Virus record (IMG/VR): IMGVR_UViG_3300029448_000013
Location: 9,263-73,262 of that record
Direction: 5' to 3' (one strand)
Source of the DNA: a virus
Length of the DNA: 64,000 nt
Each line of letters starts with the position of its first letter. Within the stretch, counting starts at the first letter, position 1. A program made the position numbers and the translations under genes. Under the pieces are notes generated by a model, which was not told the origin of the DNA, did not search any database, and saw nothing but the letters and a program-made list of their open reading frames with translations. Below are positions 38,776 through 48,146 of the stretch, piece by piece.

Positions 38776-41601
38776 TCACCTGAAGTTCGCTTTGAGGAAA
38801 TAGACCCCCTCTTGTGGAATACCATATTTAGTTCCAAGACTACTCATTGAGTCAAAGTCCTTGACGACATTCTCTATATCCATAGCAGTCATATCTGTTT
38901 TGTAATTGATATTCATGTAATCTATTGCTTCAGAAACTGCACTATAATTATCAACATTTGACATACCATAGTAAATTGGTTTACCTAACATCTTTCTGAT
39001 TTCATCATGTGCTTGTAAAATAAGAGTCTCTTCATCAGATTTGGTTATTTTCAAATCTACCTCTGCTTGTATTATATTTCTTATTAGAGGGTCTGCTCCT
39101 TGCATGTCTTTGTAAGTGCTAGTATTTCTATTAGACATCAAATGATAGAATAGAGTCTCGAATGGATACATCTTACTTGATTCATATTCTTCAGCCAATT
39201 CGTTAGTTGATTTCTTACTTCCTCCTAGACCGAATGGCTTTGAGTCTAGATTGGCATCTGTGAATATATTATGTAAGAAGTTACCAAACTCAACATTAAC
39301 TAATTTTGTTAATTCTCCTTCAAAGATATCGTCTATTGTATCTGCCAATTTTGTAGTTTGAACCATAAGTTCATTTTGTTTTGAGCCTACATTCAATGAA
39401 GTCAGAAGTCTCATGAAATCTCTAATCTCTTGTAATTCTGAGATATCCAAACTGAAGTCTCTACTTTCCATTCTCAAAAGTTGTATGAATGGGCTATCAG
39501 TCGCTGAAGTTTCCAATGCTATGTTCTCAATAGGACGACTACCAATCTTCTCAATAAACTCAAGCGGTTCATCTGTTGGTTTGAACTTGCTTCTACTAGG
39601 TTCTATGTAAAAGGCAATTATTGCCTTTGATAATTTTTCAAATTTATCAGCAATACCTAGTTCTTTGATTTCTTTGATATGTGTCTTCCCTGCTCCTGCT
39701 CGACCAAAAGATGTTCTAGGAGAACGTGCTTCTCTTACTGTCTTGCCTTCAGGAGTTTTCTTTGCCGCTTGTCCAATACCACTAGTAGAACCTTTAGAGC
39801 GTCTTTCAAAGTCATTACCATATTCAATAAATTCATGGAAAAGTTCTAGATAGTTTACTATTCTATCATGTACTTTCTTATCTTGTTCTCCTTCAATCTC
39901 TTTCATAACAGGAAGATATGTGTTGTCAGCATCACCTACTTCCATTCTCTCTAAATCTTTGATATATCTATCTAGACTAGGAATAAGATTACCCATATCA
40001 ACTACAACCATACTGGTTTTCAATCTCCTTGAAATTTCTTTCAACTGTTTACCAATAACAGCACCTGCCTTCAATCCATCTGCATCTCCTTTATTCATTG
40101 CATAAGCATAAAGTGGGTCAACCTTAATTTTCCCTAATGAGTTTATTTTATCTTTCAACTCGTTTTCTTGGTCATCGAATACTTTAGTTGTTTCTTGCAT
40201 TAACTCGCCGTATCTACTAACATCATCTTGAGACTCCGCTTCTTCCACCATCACAAGCCTTTGCTCAGGATACTGCCTGACTTCCCTCAAGAATCCTTCT
40301 AGAAGCAATATTGATTTTTGCTCAACATTATCAATATCGTCAATCTCAACTCTATCGTAACGTTGTACATAATTTAAATCATCAACCTTAACAGCCTTAA
40401 ATTTCTTAAACGTGCTTTGCAATTCTTCACCGTACTCATCATCTATCTTATCCATTGCACCAATAAACTCATCATGTGCTTTTGTGAAATCAGAGAACTG
40501 CTCATTAATCTTAGACCAGTAAGAATAAATCTCCTTTCTTCTCTTTAGGTCTTTAGTATCTAATCTACCAATAATCTCGGACGCTCTAGGTAGTGATACT
40601 CTATATCGCCCTTCACCTTCTTGCTTCTTAGCATCCAATCGTTTCAACATCATCTTAAACGGATGCATAATTGGAACGAAGTATTCAGGTATTGATGTGT
40701 CCAAGATGCTTATCGCTTCATTGATATCCGCATCAGTGAATCCAAGTTTTATGTTTCTCTTAACGTAATTGTTCCAAGATATGTTTCTTCTGACAGTTTT
40801 CTTTGGTGCAAACTTTCTAAAATACAAATCAAAAATACTAACATTTACTTTTTTCCCTTCTTGCTTAAACATACCAAGTATTTCAGAAATGTCTTTGTCT
40901 CTCTTTGCTTCAGCAATAACTTCAGATGAAGATAGCCTAGTCGTTGTGGAGTCGTCTGCTGTTGCTGCCTTCCCAAATCCTCGCCTGACAAGTTCATCAA
41001 TGTACACCTTTAGGTCAGACGCTTTAAGTGAATCAAACAACTTAGGAAACTTCTCATCTAATTCAGATTCTACATCTGCCCTGACTGTTGTTGGATTTTT
41101 TGCAGACCCATCAGAATTAACAGAAAGTCTTCCTTGTAGAGATGCGCCTCTCATGATGGCTTCATCACTAGACTCTCTAGAGTTAGATTTGCTTTGTAGA
41201 TAAACATACAACACATCGTCAGGAAACTCCTTCATATCTTTTATCTTGAGTTTTTCAGTAGCGTCCTTACCTGAAGTTTTGTCTTGACCATAAACAGGTC
41301 TAGCATCCTCCCTTGTTAATAGGTCTATGAGAACGGCTGTCTTCGGGTTGCCTGTTATTCCAGCAAGAAGTCCTTTTTCATCTGCCAATTGTTTTAACTG
41401 ACGATGAGACATTTTTGAATAATCGGCAGTTTCCTTTGTCTCAGTTTTTTTTGGTGTACCGTCTTCATTAAACTCTGCCTTAGATTTACCATTCTGCCAA
41501 AAGTGTTCAGCATTCAAACGATTCATATAATCTTTCAAGCCGACTTTACCATCTTCTATTAAGATAGTAAATGCTCTATTCAAATCAACATTAGGCTTCA
41601 T
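38776..41601 (-). CDS. Large charged protein with N-terminal SAP/HeH-like motif
   Basis: About 940 aa; DYSKMSHRQLKQLADEKGL...KTAVLIDLL. Confidence 0.65.
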   Translation of the reverse strand: MKPNVDLNRAFTILIEDGKVGLKDYMNRLNAEHFWQNGKSKAEFNEDGTPKKTETKETADYSKMSHRQLKQLADEKGLLAGITGNPKTAVLIDLLTREDARPVYGQDKTSGKDATEKLKIKDMKEFPDDVLYVYLQSKSNSRESSDEAIMRGASLQGRLSVNSDGSAKNPTTVRADVESELDEKFPKLFDSLKASDLKVYIDELVRRGFGKAATADDSTTTRLSSSEVIAEAKRDKDISEILGMFKQEGKKVNVSIFDLYFRKFAPKKTVRRNISWNNYVKRNIKLGFTDADINEAISILDTSIPEYFVPIMHPFKMMLKRLDAKKQEGEGRYRVSLPRASEIIGRLDTKDLKRRKEIYSYWSKINEQFSDFTKAHDEFIGAMDKIDDEYGEELQSTFKKFKAVKVDDLNYVQRYDRVEIDDIDNVEQKSILLLEGFLREVRQYPEQRLVMVEEAESQDDVSRYGELMQETTKVFDDQENELKDKINSLGKIKVDPLYAYAMNKGDADGLKAGAVIGKQLKEISRRLKTSMVVVDMGNLIPSLDRYIKDLERMEVGDADNTYLPVMKEIEGEQDKKVHDRIVNYLELFHEFIEYGNDFERRSKGSTSGIGQAAKKTPEGKTVREARSPRTSFGRAGAGKTHIKEIKELGIADKFEKLSKAIIAFYIEPSRSKFKPTDEPLEFIEKIGSRPIENIALETSATDSPFIQLLRMESRDFSLDISELQEIRDFMRLLTSLNVGSKQNELMVQTTKLADTIDDIFEGELTKLVNVEFGNFLHNIFTDANLDSKPFGLGGSKKSTNELAEEYESSKMYPFETLFYHLMSNRNTSTYKDMQGADPLIRNIIQAEVDLKITKSDEETLILQAHDEIRKMLGKPIYYGMSNVDNYSAVSEAIDYMNINYKTDMTAMDIENVVKDFDSMSSLGTKYGIPQEGVYFLKANFR

Positions 41602-43436
41602 TCTCTCACCCCCTGTGCTATCTGTACCCAAATAGCAGGTTCTACAAATCCACCTTCAGGACTTGGTATTTTCTTTCCCATCACCTTGCCCTCTGCACTG
41701 ATGTCTTTCATTCTATCCTTTACTCCGGCAAGAAACAGTTCTCTGATTTTAGGGTATGACTCTATAACTAGTTTCTTAAATTCTTCAGTGGTTATTTCCC
41801 CTTCTTCTAAATCTTCTTCATCTATTTCAGGGCCATCATATAGTTCACTTAATCTCTTTAACGTAATTACTATCCTATCTAAAGTCCCATCAGATTCTGT
41901 ATTTATCGAAGGAGTTAGGTCATCACTTATTACATCCTCAAGGATAGACCAAGCATCGACTTTCTGAGATTCAAAATACTTTAGTGTTTTCTTATCTTCC
42001 TTAGAAGTCGCAACCATTGTGTTATCACTTCTTCTCAATGTCATTTCCTTTAGGGCATCTTCTACCTTTTGTGAATCACCTAACTCTTCCTCAAGTTCTC
42101 TGAAGTTCTTGAAGGAGTCCTTGATTCCTAGTTTTTCTATGGCTTCCATAAAACCATCTTCATCACTTCCTTCTAATGCATCAACTATCTCATCTCTGAT
42201 TTCTTCAGTCATACTCTGAGAAGTGTCGCCTTCTACTTCACTCATCACCTTTTCAAAATCGGCATTTGCTTCTTCATCTTCTTTTATGTCGGCAAACATA
42301 TCTCTCTTCGCTTTGTTTCCCTTTCTTGAAACAGTGTTAAATTTATCTCTATTACTCTCTAAGAGATTTAATCTACTTTCTCTCTGTTCAGTTGTCTCGC
42401 CCTTTCTTCCATAAAGAGCAATAATGTCATCCTTGTATTTATCATAGATATTAGTAATAGATGGGTTTTTTATTGCCTCATCAATTATTCTTCTCAAAGC
42501 CCTTTCCTCTACATTATATCTTTTCTTATATGCAGTTGGTATCGCTGATTGATTAAGAGCCTCATTTTCTAATATGAACTCTAAGGCTGGTGACATCGCT
42601 CTAGTCCCAAACAGACTCTTTGCAACTGCATCACTCTTCTCCTCATAGATGAACTCTACTTTCTTAGGAGAAACTATATTCATTATTTTCTTAACATAAT
42701 CAATTGCAACATCATCCCCTATACTAGTTCCAATTTCCACTTGAGGAACTCCACCTATCTTTAGAATTTCTTTTATTTTCTTTAGTTCGGGATATTTATC
42801 TTCAGTATCAGTGAGGATGGCTCTCCTCAAACTTTTGTTTTCTTGGATATATCTCCTTGCTCTTTGTGTAATATTGGAAAGTTTTTCAGCATATCGCTCT
42901 TTACCTCTTCCCTCTAACATAGTAAGAAGTCCTTCATAATTTTTGGTGTCAATAAATGATTTGACATTCTTTGTAACTGATGCTCTTTTTCCTGTCAGTT
43001 TAGTTTTTTTTGGTTGTATATTTTCAAGTCTCTTAACCATCTCATCTACATTAGAAAATGGTGCGTCTGATAGTTTGAAGTCTGTTCCTCTGATGTTCAC
43101 AACTTCCCCTTGAAGAAGTCTCTTTGCCTTCTGAACAGATTGGACTTGGGAAGAAGTCAAACCGTCTTTCGTGTAATCTGCCCAAGTATCATCCTTAGAT
43201 GCTGCTTGCCAAATGTTGAATGTCGGTGTGTTGGGTTTAATTGGAAACTCCTTTGCTTCCTGCTTTCCAAAATCGAAGAGATTAGCATCTTTAGTCTTAG
43301 CAGATTCTTTCTCCCTGCGAAGTTTCTCTTCTCTCTTTCGATGAAACTTCTTTCTCTCTTCGTTATAGCCCATAACTTGAGGCTTCACCTTCTTTGGTTC
43401 GATTTTCTTTTCCTTCAGAACGTCTTGCCAACTCAT
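41598..43436 (-). CDS. Large W-tag protein (MSWQDVLKE)
   Basis: 612 aa K/E-rich helical; GAGGTGA RBS. Confidence 0.7.
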   Translation of the reverse strand: MSWQDVLKEKKIEPKKVKPQVMGYNEERKKFHRKREEKLRREKESAKTKDANLFDFGKQEAKEFPIKPNTPTFNIWQAASKDDTWADYTKDGLTSSQVQSVQKAKRLLQGEVVNIRGTDFKLSDAPFSNVDEMVKRLENIQPKKTKLTGKRASVTKNVKSFIDTKNYEGLLTMLEGRGKERYAEKLSNITQRARRYIQENKSLRRAILTDTEDKYPELKKIKEILKIGGVPQVEIGTSIGDDVAIDYVKKIMNIVSPKKVEFIYEEKSDAVAKSLFGTRAMSPALEFILENEALNQSAIPTAYKKRYNVEERALRRIIDEAIKNPSITNIYDKYKDDIIALYGRKGETTEQRESRLNLLESNRDKFNTVSRKGNKAKRDMFADIKEDEEANADFEKVMSEVEGDTSQSMTEEIRDEIVDALEGSDEDGFMEAIEKLGIKDSFKNFRELEEELGDSQKVEDALKEMTLRRSDNTMVATSKEDKKTLKYFESQKVDAWSILEDVISDDLTPSINTESDGTLDRIVITLKRLSELYDGPEIDEEDLEEGEITTEEFKKLVIESYPKIRELFLAGVKDRMKDISAEGKVMGKKIPSPEGGFVEPAIWVQIAQGVRE

Positions 43437-43443
43437 TGTAACT

Positions 43444-43662
43444 TCACCTCAACCTGAATAAATCCATTTCTTTGATTTTTTTTAGAGCCTCTCTGACATC
43501 ACTAACATGGTCAGGATTAGTCATATCCTTTGTCTTTGGTATTTCTTCATGAGCCATATCTTTCAATATATCAACAATATCATCAAACTCAAATGCTAAA
43601 TCTTGCAATTGCTGATGTGTTTCTCTTAATTGACTACCCTTCATTATATTTTTCCAACTCAT
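43444..43662 (-). CDS. W-tag protein (MSWKNIMKG)
   Basis: 72 aa with the shared motif. Confidence 0.7.
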   Translation of the reverse strand: MSWKNIMKGSQLRETHQQLQDLAFEFDDIVDILKDMAHEEIPKTKDMTNPDHVSDVREALKKIKEMDLFRLR

Positions 43663-43673
43663 TGTAATTTCCC

Positions 43674-43970
43674 CTACTGTCCTCTTCTTCTAATTGAATC
43701 AATAATATCTTTCTCTAACATTTTATCCCAAAATCCATCTGCATCGGGTAAAGTTCCATCGGCCTCTATGTCTGCATCCTTTATTAAAAACAAGTATTCA
43801 ACCAGTTCTCTTAGGTATTTTTCTCCCAATCCCTTTCTTTCTTCTCCATCATGATGAAAAGACAAAATTCCCCAATAACCCGCATAGAAAACTTCTGCAC
43901 TTGCCTTTCCATCTTTTGAATCCCAAAAAATTTCTAATTCTTCTTGTTTAAGAATATTTTTCCAACTCAT
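43674..43970 (-). CDS. W-tag GNAT-like protein (MSWKNILKQ)
   Basis: ERKGLGEKYLREL (acetyl-CoA motif A) and ADGFWDKM; ATGA-coupled to the TerS-like gene. Confidence 0.6.
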   Translation of the reverse strand: MSWKNILKQEELEIFWDSKDGKASAEVFYAGYWGILSFHHDGEERKGLGEKYLRELVEYLFLIKDADIEADGTLPDADGFWDKMLEKDIIDSIRRRGQ

Positions 43971-44629
43971 TGTAACTTCTCCTGCATCTTGTCTCTTACA
44001 TCCAACCAAACTTCAGGATGATTCTGTGCTAGAACCTCCTTGATGACTTGCATCTGATGAACGATGATAGTGTCTTGCCTCTTATGTACCAGTTTGCCCT
44101 TAAATTCTAGCAAATACTTCAGAGACTCACGAACTTCCTTCGCTAATTTAGTCAATGAGTCGATATATTTCGGGTCTGTTGAGTCTTCAGCAAAAAGCGT
44201 ATCAATTTTTTGCTCTAATCTCTGAACATTCACACTCAGAGTTTCGATTTCGTCAACTTCTCTAGTTGCAATCAGGTTCGCAGCAGATTGTTGGACAATT
44301 GGCTGAAGATGTTTCTCCATATGTCGCATGACTTGGACATCTGAGCAACCAACCATCTCTCCGACTGCTGAAGGAGTGACTTCTCCGGCATGAAGTCTTG
44401 ATTCTATTTCTGCTCTCATTGGATTGGAGCAGATATTGCAACTTGGATTTGCTGAATCGACATATCCGCCCATGTGATTCCTCTGATGTTTGGCAGTTGT
44501 GCCACTTTTCCAGTTCATTTCTTGGTCGAGAGCGTCTGCTGTGATATTCCATGATTCCAAATCAGCCTCAAGTTGACTCCTATCCTCATGCATACACAAA
44601 GGACAACGCTTTCTAGTAATCATACTCAC
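43967..44629 (-). CDS. Putative terminase small subunit / duplicated Zn-HTH protein
   Basis: Two CxxC...HTH...HxxxH units (CPLC..HQRNH; CNIC..HMEKH) followed by a coiled coil. Confidence 0.55.
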   Translation of the reverse strand: MSMITRKRCPLCMHEDRSQLEADLESWNITADALDQEMNWKSGTTAKHQRNHMGGYVDSANPSCNICSNPMRAEIESRLHAGEVTPSAVGEMVGCSDVQVMRHMEKHLQPIVQQSAANLIATREVDEIETLSVNVQRLEQKIDTLFAEDSTDPKYIDSLTKLAKEVRESLKYLLEFKGKLVHKRQDTIIVHQMQVIKEVLAQNHPEVWLDVRDKMQEKLQ

Positions 44630-44718
44630 TCAGCCCAACAATTTCTAAAACAATATGGGCAACAACTACCTATTGCCATGTCATCTACATCTACTCTTCT
44701 AATTCCTCTACACTTCAT
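44626..44718 (-). CDS. 30-aa Cys-rich micro-protein (not in ORF track)
   Basis: MKCRGIRRVDVDDMAIGSCCPYCFRNCWAE; abuts the upstream TAA and overlaps the downstream GTGA. Confidence 0.45.
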   Translation of the reverse strand: MKCRGIRRVDVDDMAIGSCCPYCFRNCWAE

Positions 44719-45825
44719 TTACTGTACCGCCTTTACAATCTGTCTCCAATCTGAAAAATCCTGCTTTTCTATTCCATCATCGGTTTTCTTATTCTTGAAA
44801 CCAGCGATTTCTGCCATGTTATCAATTTGCCTTCTTGATATGTCGAGGTAAGCATTATCTAAATCCAACTTTACAGAAGAACCCAACCACTCAAGCAACT
44901 TTACTGACTCTGCATCTGATAACTTGAAAGGTATCTTGGCTCTTTTAGTTCCCTCGTCTATTAATTCACGATGGACTTTTCTTGAAGCAAAATTACCACT
45001 TGTTTTTACTGTGTAAGCAGGATTGTTCATCTTACTATCAAACCAATTTTTGAATTCACTAATGTTCTCATATACCCATTTTGCTGCTACGCCTTTCTTC
45101 CTTCCTCTTTCCAACGCTCTCAAGCGAAGAGGCTTCTCAGGCTTGTTGACAAACTCGACTTTAGGTATGGCTTCAATAAAGTCATTACACATTGCTAGTA
45201 AACTAGGGTGTTTGAAATCCTCTATCTTATCAGCGAACAATGCTTGCCAAACAGGAGGTCTTGCTTGTTTGGGTTTCTTGCTATACCAATGAGGAGGAAC
45301 ATTATCTACTGTCCTATCCTTATATCTTCTCTGATATTTCACATACTTTGGAGTTCTAAAGTCACCATAGATTGGTTTCCGTGTCAAAACTTTACCTTGT
45401 TTGTTGTAAGAACGAATATCGTTAAATTTAATGTTGGCAGGATTTACCTTTGACTGAGCGTTTGTCCTAGCATCCTCCAAATACTTCTGTAAATCTGTTA
45501 TTGCTTGAATTTGGTCTTTTGAAAAAAATCTTTTGCTACCTGCTAACTTTGCCTTATCGATATACTCTTGTGTGGGGGCTTTGACATCCATAGGAGTTCC
45601 GTCTGATGAGGTTCTTGATTTAACTCCCATGTTCTGAATGAACTCTAGAATGTTAGTATCAGTTCTACCCATGTTGAGTTTGAACTTTCCAGCAGCGTCT
45701 GCCCAAGAAGCATAGTCTTCTGAGAAGTTAGGAATAGCATCAGGGTCTTTAGATTCTACGACCAATTCCGGTGTCACTTCTATCTGTTGAGTCTTCTTCC
45801 TTACGGGTTTTTTTCCTTTTACCAC
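44719..45825 (-). CDS. Basic protein with C-terminal W-tag (SDWRQIVKA)
   Basis: 368 aa K-rich; GGAGG RBS before GTG. Confidence 0.65.
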   Translation of the reverse strand: MVKGKKPVRKKTQQIEVTPELVVESKDPDAIPNFSEDYASWADAAGKFKLNMGRTDTNILEFIQNMGVKSRTSSDGTPMDVKAPTQEYIDKAKLAGSKRFFSKDQIQAITDLQKYLEDARTNAQSKVNPANIKFNDIRSYNKQGKVLTRKPIYGDFRTPKYVKYQRRYKDRTVDNVPPHWYSKKPKQARPPVWQALFADKIEDFKHPSLLAMCNDFIEAIPKVEFVNKPEKPLRLRALERGRKKGVAAKWVYENISEFKNWFDSKMNNPAYTVKTSGNFASRKVHRELIDEGTKRAKIPFKLSDAESVKLLEWLGSSVKLDLDNAYLDISRRQIDNMAEIAGFKNKKTDDGIEKQDFSDWRQIVKAVQ

Positions 45826-45943
45826 GTTTCTTTCCTCCCCCGTATTTTACATTGAATAATGGTGCTGTTCCGCCGGAGGTTGTGGTAACTGCGCCAGCCA
45901 TTCGCAAAATATTAAACCAAGAAGATTCGGATACTGATGACAC
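45749..45943 (-). CDS. Small basic protein with W-tag variant (SWFNILR)
   Basis: GGAGGT RBS plus GTG; overlaps the next gene by 77 nt. Confidence 0.5.
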   Translation of the reverse strand: MSSVSESSWFNILRMAGAVTTTSGGTAPLFNVKYGGGKKRGKRKKTRKEEDSTDRSDTGIGRRI

Positions 45944-46022
45944 AACCTGAACCTCCTGAATACACTGTGGACAATAAACATTGTTCTAAAACCATTCTGT
46001 TAATGAGTTTAGAAAACCAAGT

Positions 46023-46577
46023 TTAGAACTGTCCCTGTACCAAATTAGATTGAGGGTTGTCTTGAATAAACTCTCTTGCCCTTCTATCTTTCCCCGCAGT
46101 GAATGGGTTAATTTTTCTTCCTTGTCTTCTAAGTGTGTTCATGAAACCACTTCTTGAGTCTCTTGCTTGCAATTGTCTTGGGTCAGTCATACGCTGCCCT
46201 GTTGATGTCCGTATTGCAGTCTTAGGAATTTGAACAGTTATGTCCTTGCCCATGAAAGAGCCTTTTGCTTTGTATCCTGCTCTCTTGAAAACTTCTTGCA
46301 ACTTTGCCTTGATTCTATTGGGGTCTCCTCCTAATCTTCTGATTTGGTCTCGGCCAACAATAAACGTGTCTCCCTGAGGGCCACTGTTAGCAGCATTGTT
46401 GTCAACCCGCAACTTGAAAACTGGAAGTTGACCCTGTTTTAGATTAGCCATGATATTTGAAACGAATGGAGTTATCTGCTTCTCTTGGAACACTTCAATT
46501 TCCTGATTTATCTTCTGCTCGTTACCCGCTACACCGAACTGAGGAACTACCTTTAGAACGTCTGTCCAATCACTCAT
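46023..46577 (-). CDS. W-tag protein (MSDWTDVLKV)
   Basis: About 184 aa Q/R-rich. Confidence 0.65.
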   Translation of the reverse strand: MSDWTDVLKVVPQFGVAGNEQKINQEIEVFQEKQITPFVSNIMANLKQGQLPVFKLRVDNNAANSGPQGDTFIVGRDQIRRLGGDPNRIKAKLQEVFKRAGYKAKGSFMGKDITVQIPKTAIRTSTGQRMTDPRQLQARDSRSGFMNTLRRQGRKINPFTAGKDRRAREFIQDNPQSNLVQGQF

Positions 46578-46603
46578 CGTTAATCCCATGCCCTCTAAGT
46601 TAA

Positions 46604-46828
46604 TTATGATGTCGCTGCTGCATCAGAATAAAACCGTCTTTTGCACAAAGCACAAATTTCCCTTCCTTCAGGGTCTAAATCGCCTCTCATGAAATTAGAA
46701 GAACCACACTTGGCACAAACCTTCTCTGCTTCTGTCTTAGGAACTTCAGGAGTTTTGCTTGCCATCCTTTCTCGCATTCGCATGTTGTATTCTAAAGGGT
46801 CTATTTTTAGAACATCGAACCAACTCAT
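46604..46828 (-). CDS. W-tag Zn-ribbon protein (MSWFDVLKI)
   Basis: CAKC...CALC. Confidence 0.65.
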   Translation of the reverse strand: MSWFDVLKIDPLEYNMRMRERMASKTPEVPKTEAEKVCAKCGSSNFMRGDLDPEGREICALCKRRFYSDAAATS

Positions 46829-47175
46829 AGAACATCTCCCAATAAGACGGCTACCTTGTTTAACCCTACAATTAGTGACTCTATTTCCTTAGTTGTAGTG
46901 TCTTTCAATAATTTTTCATTTTGCTGTAAATCCCCATCTGTGTAATCTTCTAAGTCGTTTAGTAATTCTAAAACATCAAAATGTGCTGTTCTCATTTGAC
47001 CTATTGAGGCTTGCCTACGAGGACTAAACGCATCGGGTTGTAAGTCAAACTCTCTAATATTCGCCTCTGTGAATTTTCTATCCTCTAAATCTTCTGCTGT
47101 TATCTCTCTTGGGTTTTTTGGATTCTCTTTGGAATGAATAGTTCCCTTTCTTTTCACTACGTCTTCCCAACTCAT
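46825..47175 (-). CDS. W-tag protein (MSWEDVVKR)
   Basis: GAGGT RBS; first tagged gene of the block. Confidence 0.65.
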   Translation of the reverse strand: MSWEDVVKRKGTIHSKENPKNPREITAEDLEDRKFTEANIREFDLQPDAFSPRRQASIGQMRTAHFDVLELLNDLEDYTDGDLQQNEKLLKDTTTKEIESLIVGLNKVAVLLGDVL

Positions 47176-47236
47176 TTCCAATACCTCTTTCCTTGATTGT
47201 ATAGCAACTCAAAATCAATCTTAGTAGTGTAATTCA

Positions 47237-47710
47237 TCAGTCGCATCTCCATAGTTCCTCATCTGAGATTAACTCATACTCGGACTCTAGCATGACATCC
47301 GAGACATCGGCATACGATAATACTTCTGAATAACCAAGAGTTAACAGAAAACCAATTAACTCGATTAAATTAGTTTCTTCTATTGGCCTCAGTATAGCAA
47401 TCTTAGGATAATGAGACAATCGCTGATTTCTACGATATACCATCTCCTTCAGAATGCCTTTCTTCCTGTGAACTGGCTTCACATAGTTATTGCCTATGAA
47501 GTACCAAGTTCCCATATCAGCAAATGAGGTGTGGGCCACAATTTGGTCATCTACGAACTTCCCAATAACATACATGTTATCACAGATATGCTCAGGATAA
47601 CCCTTCTCTAAAGCAGTCAGGAAACTATCTCCCCAACGAGCCTGAATTTCGCTCTCTCTCAAAAAGCCTGAGAACCATTCACCCTTATCATTGGTTTTAA
47701 CAGGTAGCAA
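47237..47710 (-). CDS. GNAT-family acetyltransferase-like protein
   Basis: YVKPVHRKKGILKEM motif A and LLTLGY; start uncertain. Confidence 0.6.
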   Translation of the reverse strand: MLPVKTNDKGEWFSGFLRESEIQARWGDSFLTALEKGYPEHICDNMYVIGKFVDDQIVAHTSFADMGTWYFIGNNYVKPVHRKKGILKEMVYRRNQRLSHYPKIAILRPIEETNLIELIGFLLTLGYSEVLSYADVSDVMLESEYELISDEELWRCD

Positions 47711-48093
47711 TATGTTTATCCCCTTCTTTTTTCAGAAAATGGGCCGGAATTTTTTCACTACTAGCGAATTAATTTTTTCTTGTTTGTTTCCATTCCCAAG
47801 ATAAGGATTTAACAAACGCCTACTGTTACACAAGAATGTATTTTTATTTGTATCTCCTGTTGTATTTAGTCGTGCATTTAACAATGGGCCGTTTTTTACA
47901 AACTTTCCTTTTAGGTGATTCTCCTTGACCATATCAGACAAGCCGATAACACCCTAGTAGATTATTTTAACTCAAGAGGTTAAAAGCAACAGGAAAAAAA
48001 TTTTGGCATATGGTTGGATATTCTATTAAGAGTATAAAATTGTCAACGCTTGCGAAGTATAAATACTCTCAGTTTCAAAATACTTGTAAACTG

Positions 48094-48146
48094 CTACCAT
48101 ATGGTAGTATATACTTTGTAAAGCGTAGCGATACTACCTCATTAAC
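48094..48146 (+). repeat. Degenerate plus-oriented copy of the dyad/promoter repeat
   Basis: Perfect CTACCATATGGTAG, then ACTTTGTAAAGCGTAGCGATACTACCTCAT, close to the reverse complement of the 49344-49410 copy. Confidence 0.6.

Noticed and set aside
10-47000. Numerous plus-strand ORFs in the track (e.g. 10-612, 8896-9615, 12887-13609, 25336-25791)
   Set aside because: They are antisense shadows of tightly coupled minus-strand genes, with S/L/F-rich composition and no RBS.
47732-47941. 69-aa minus-strand ORF
   Set aside because: Lies in low-complexity A/T tracts with no RBS or motif.
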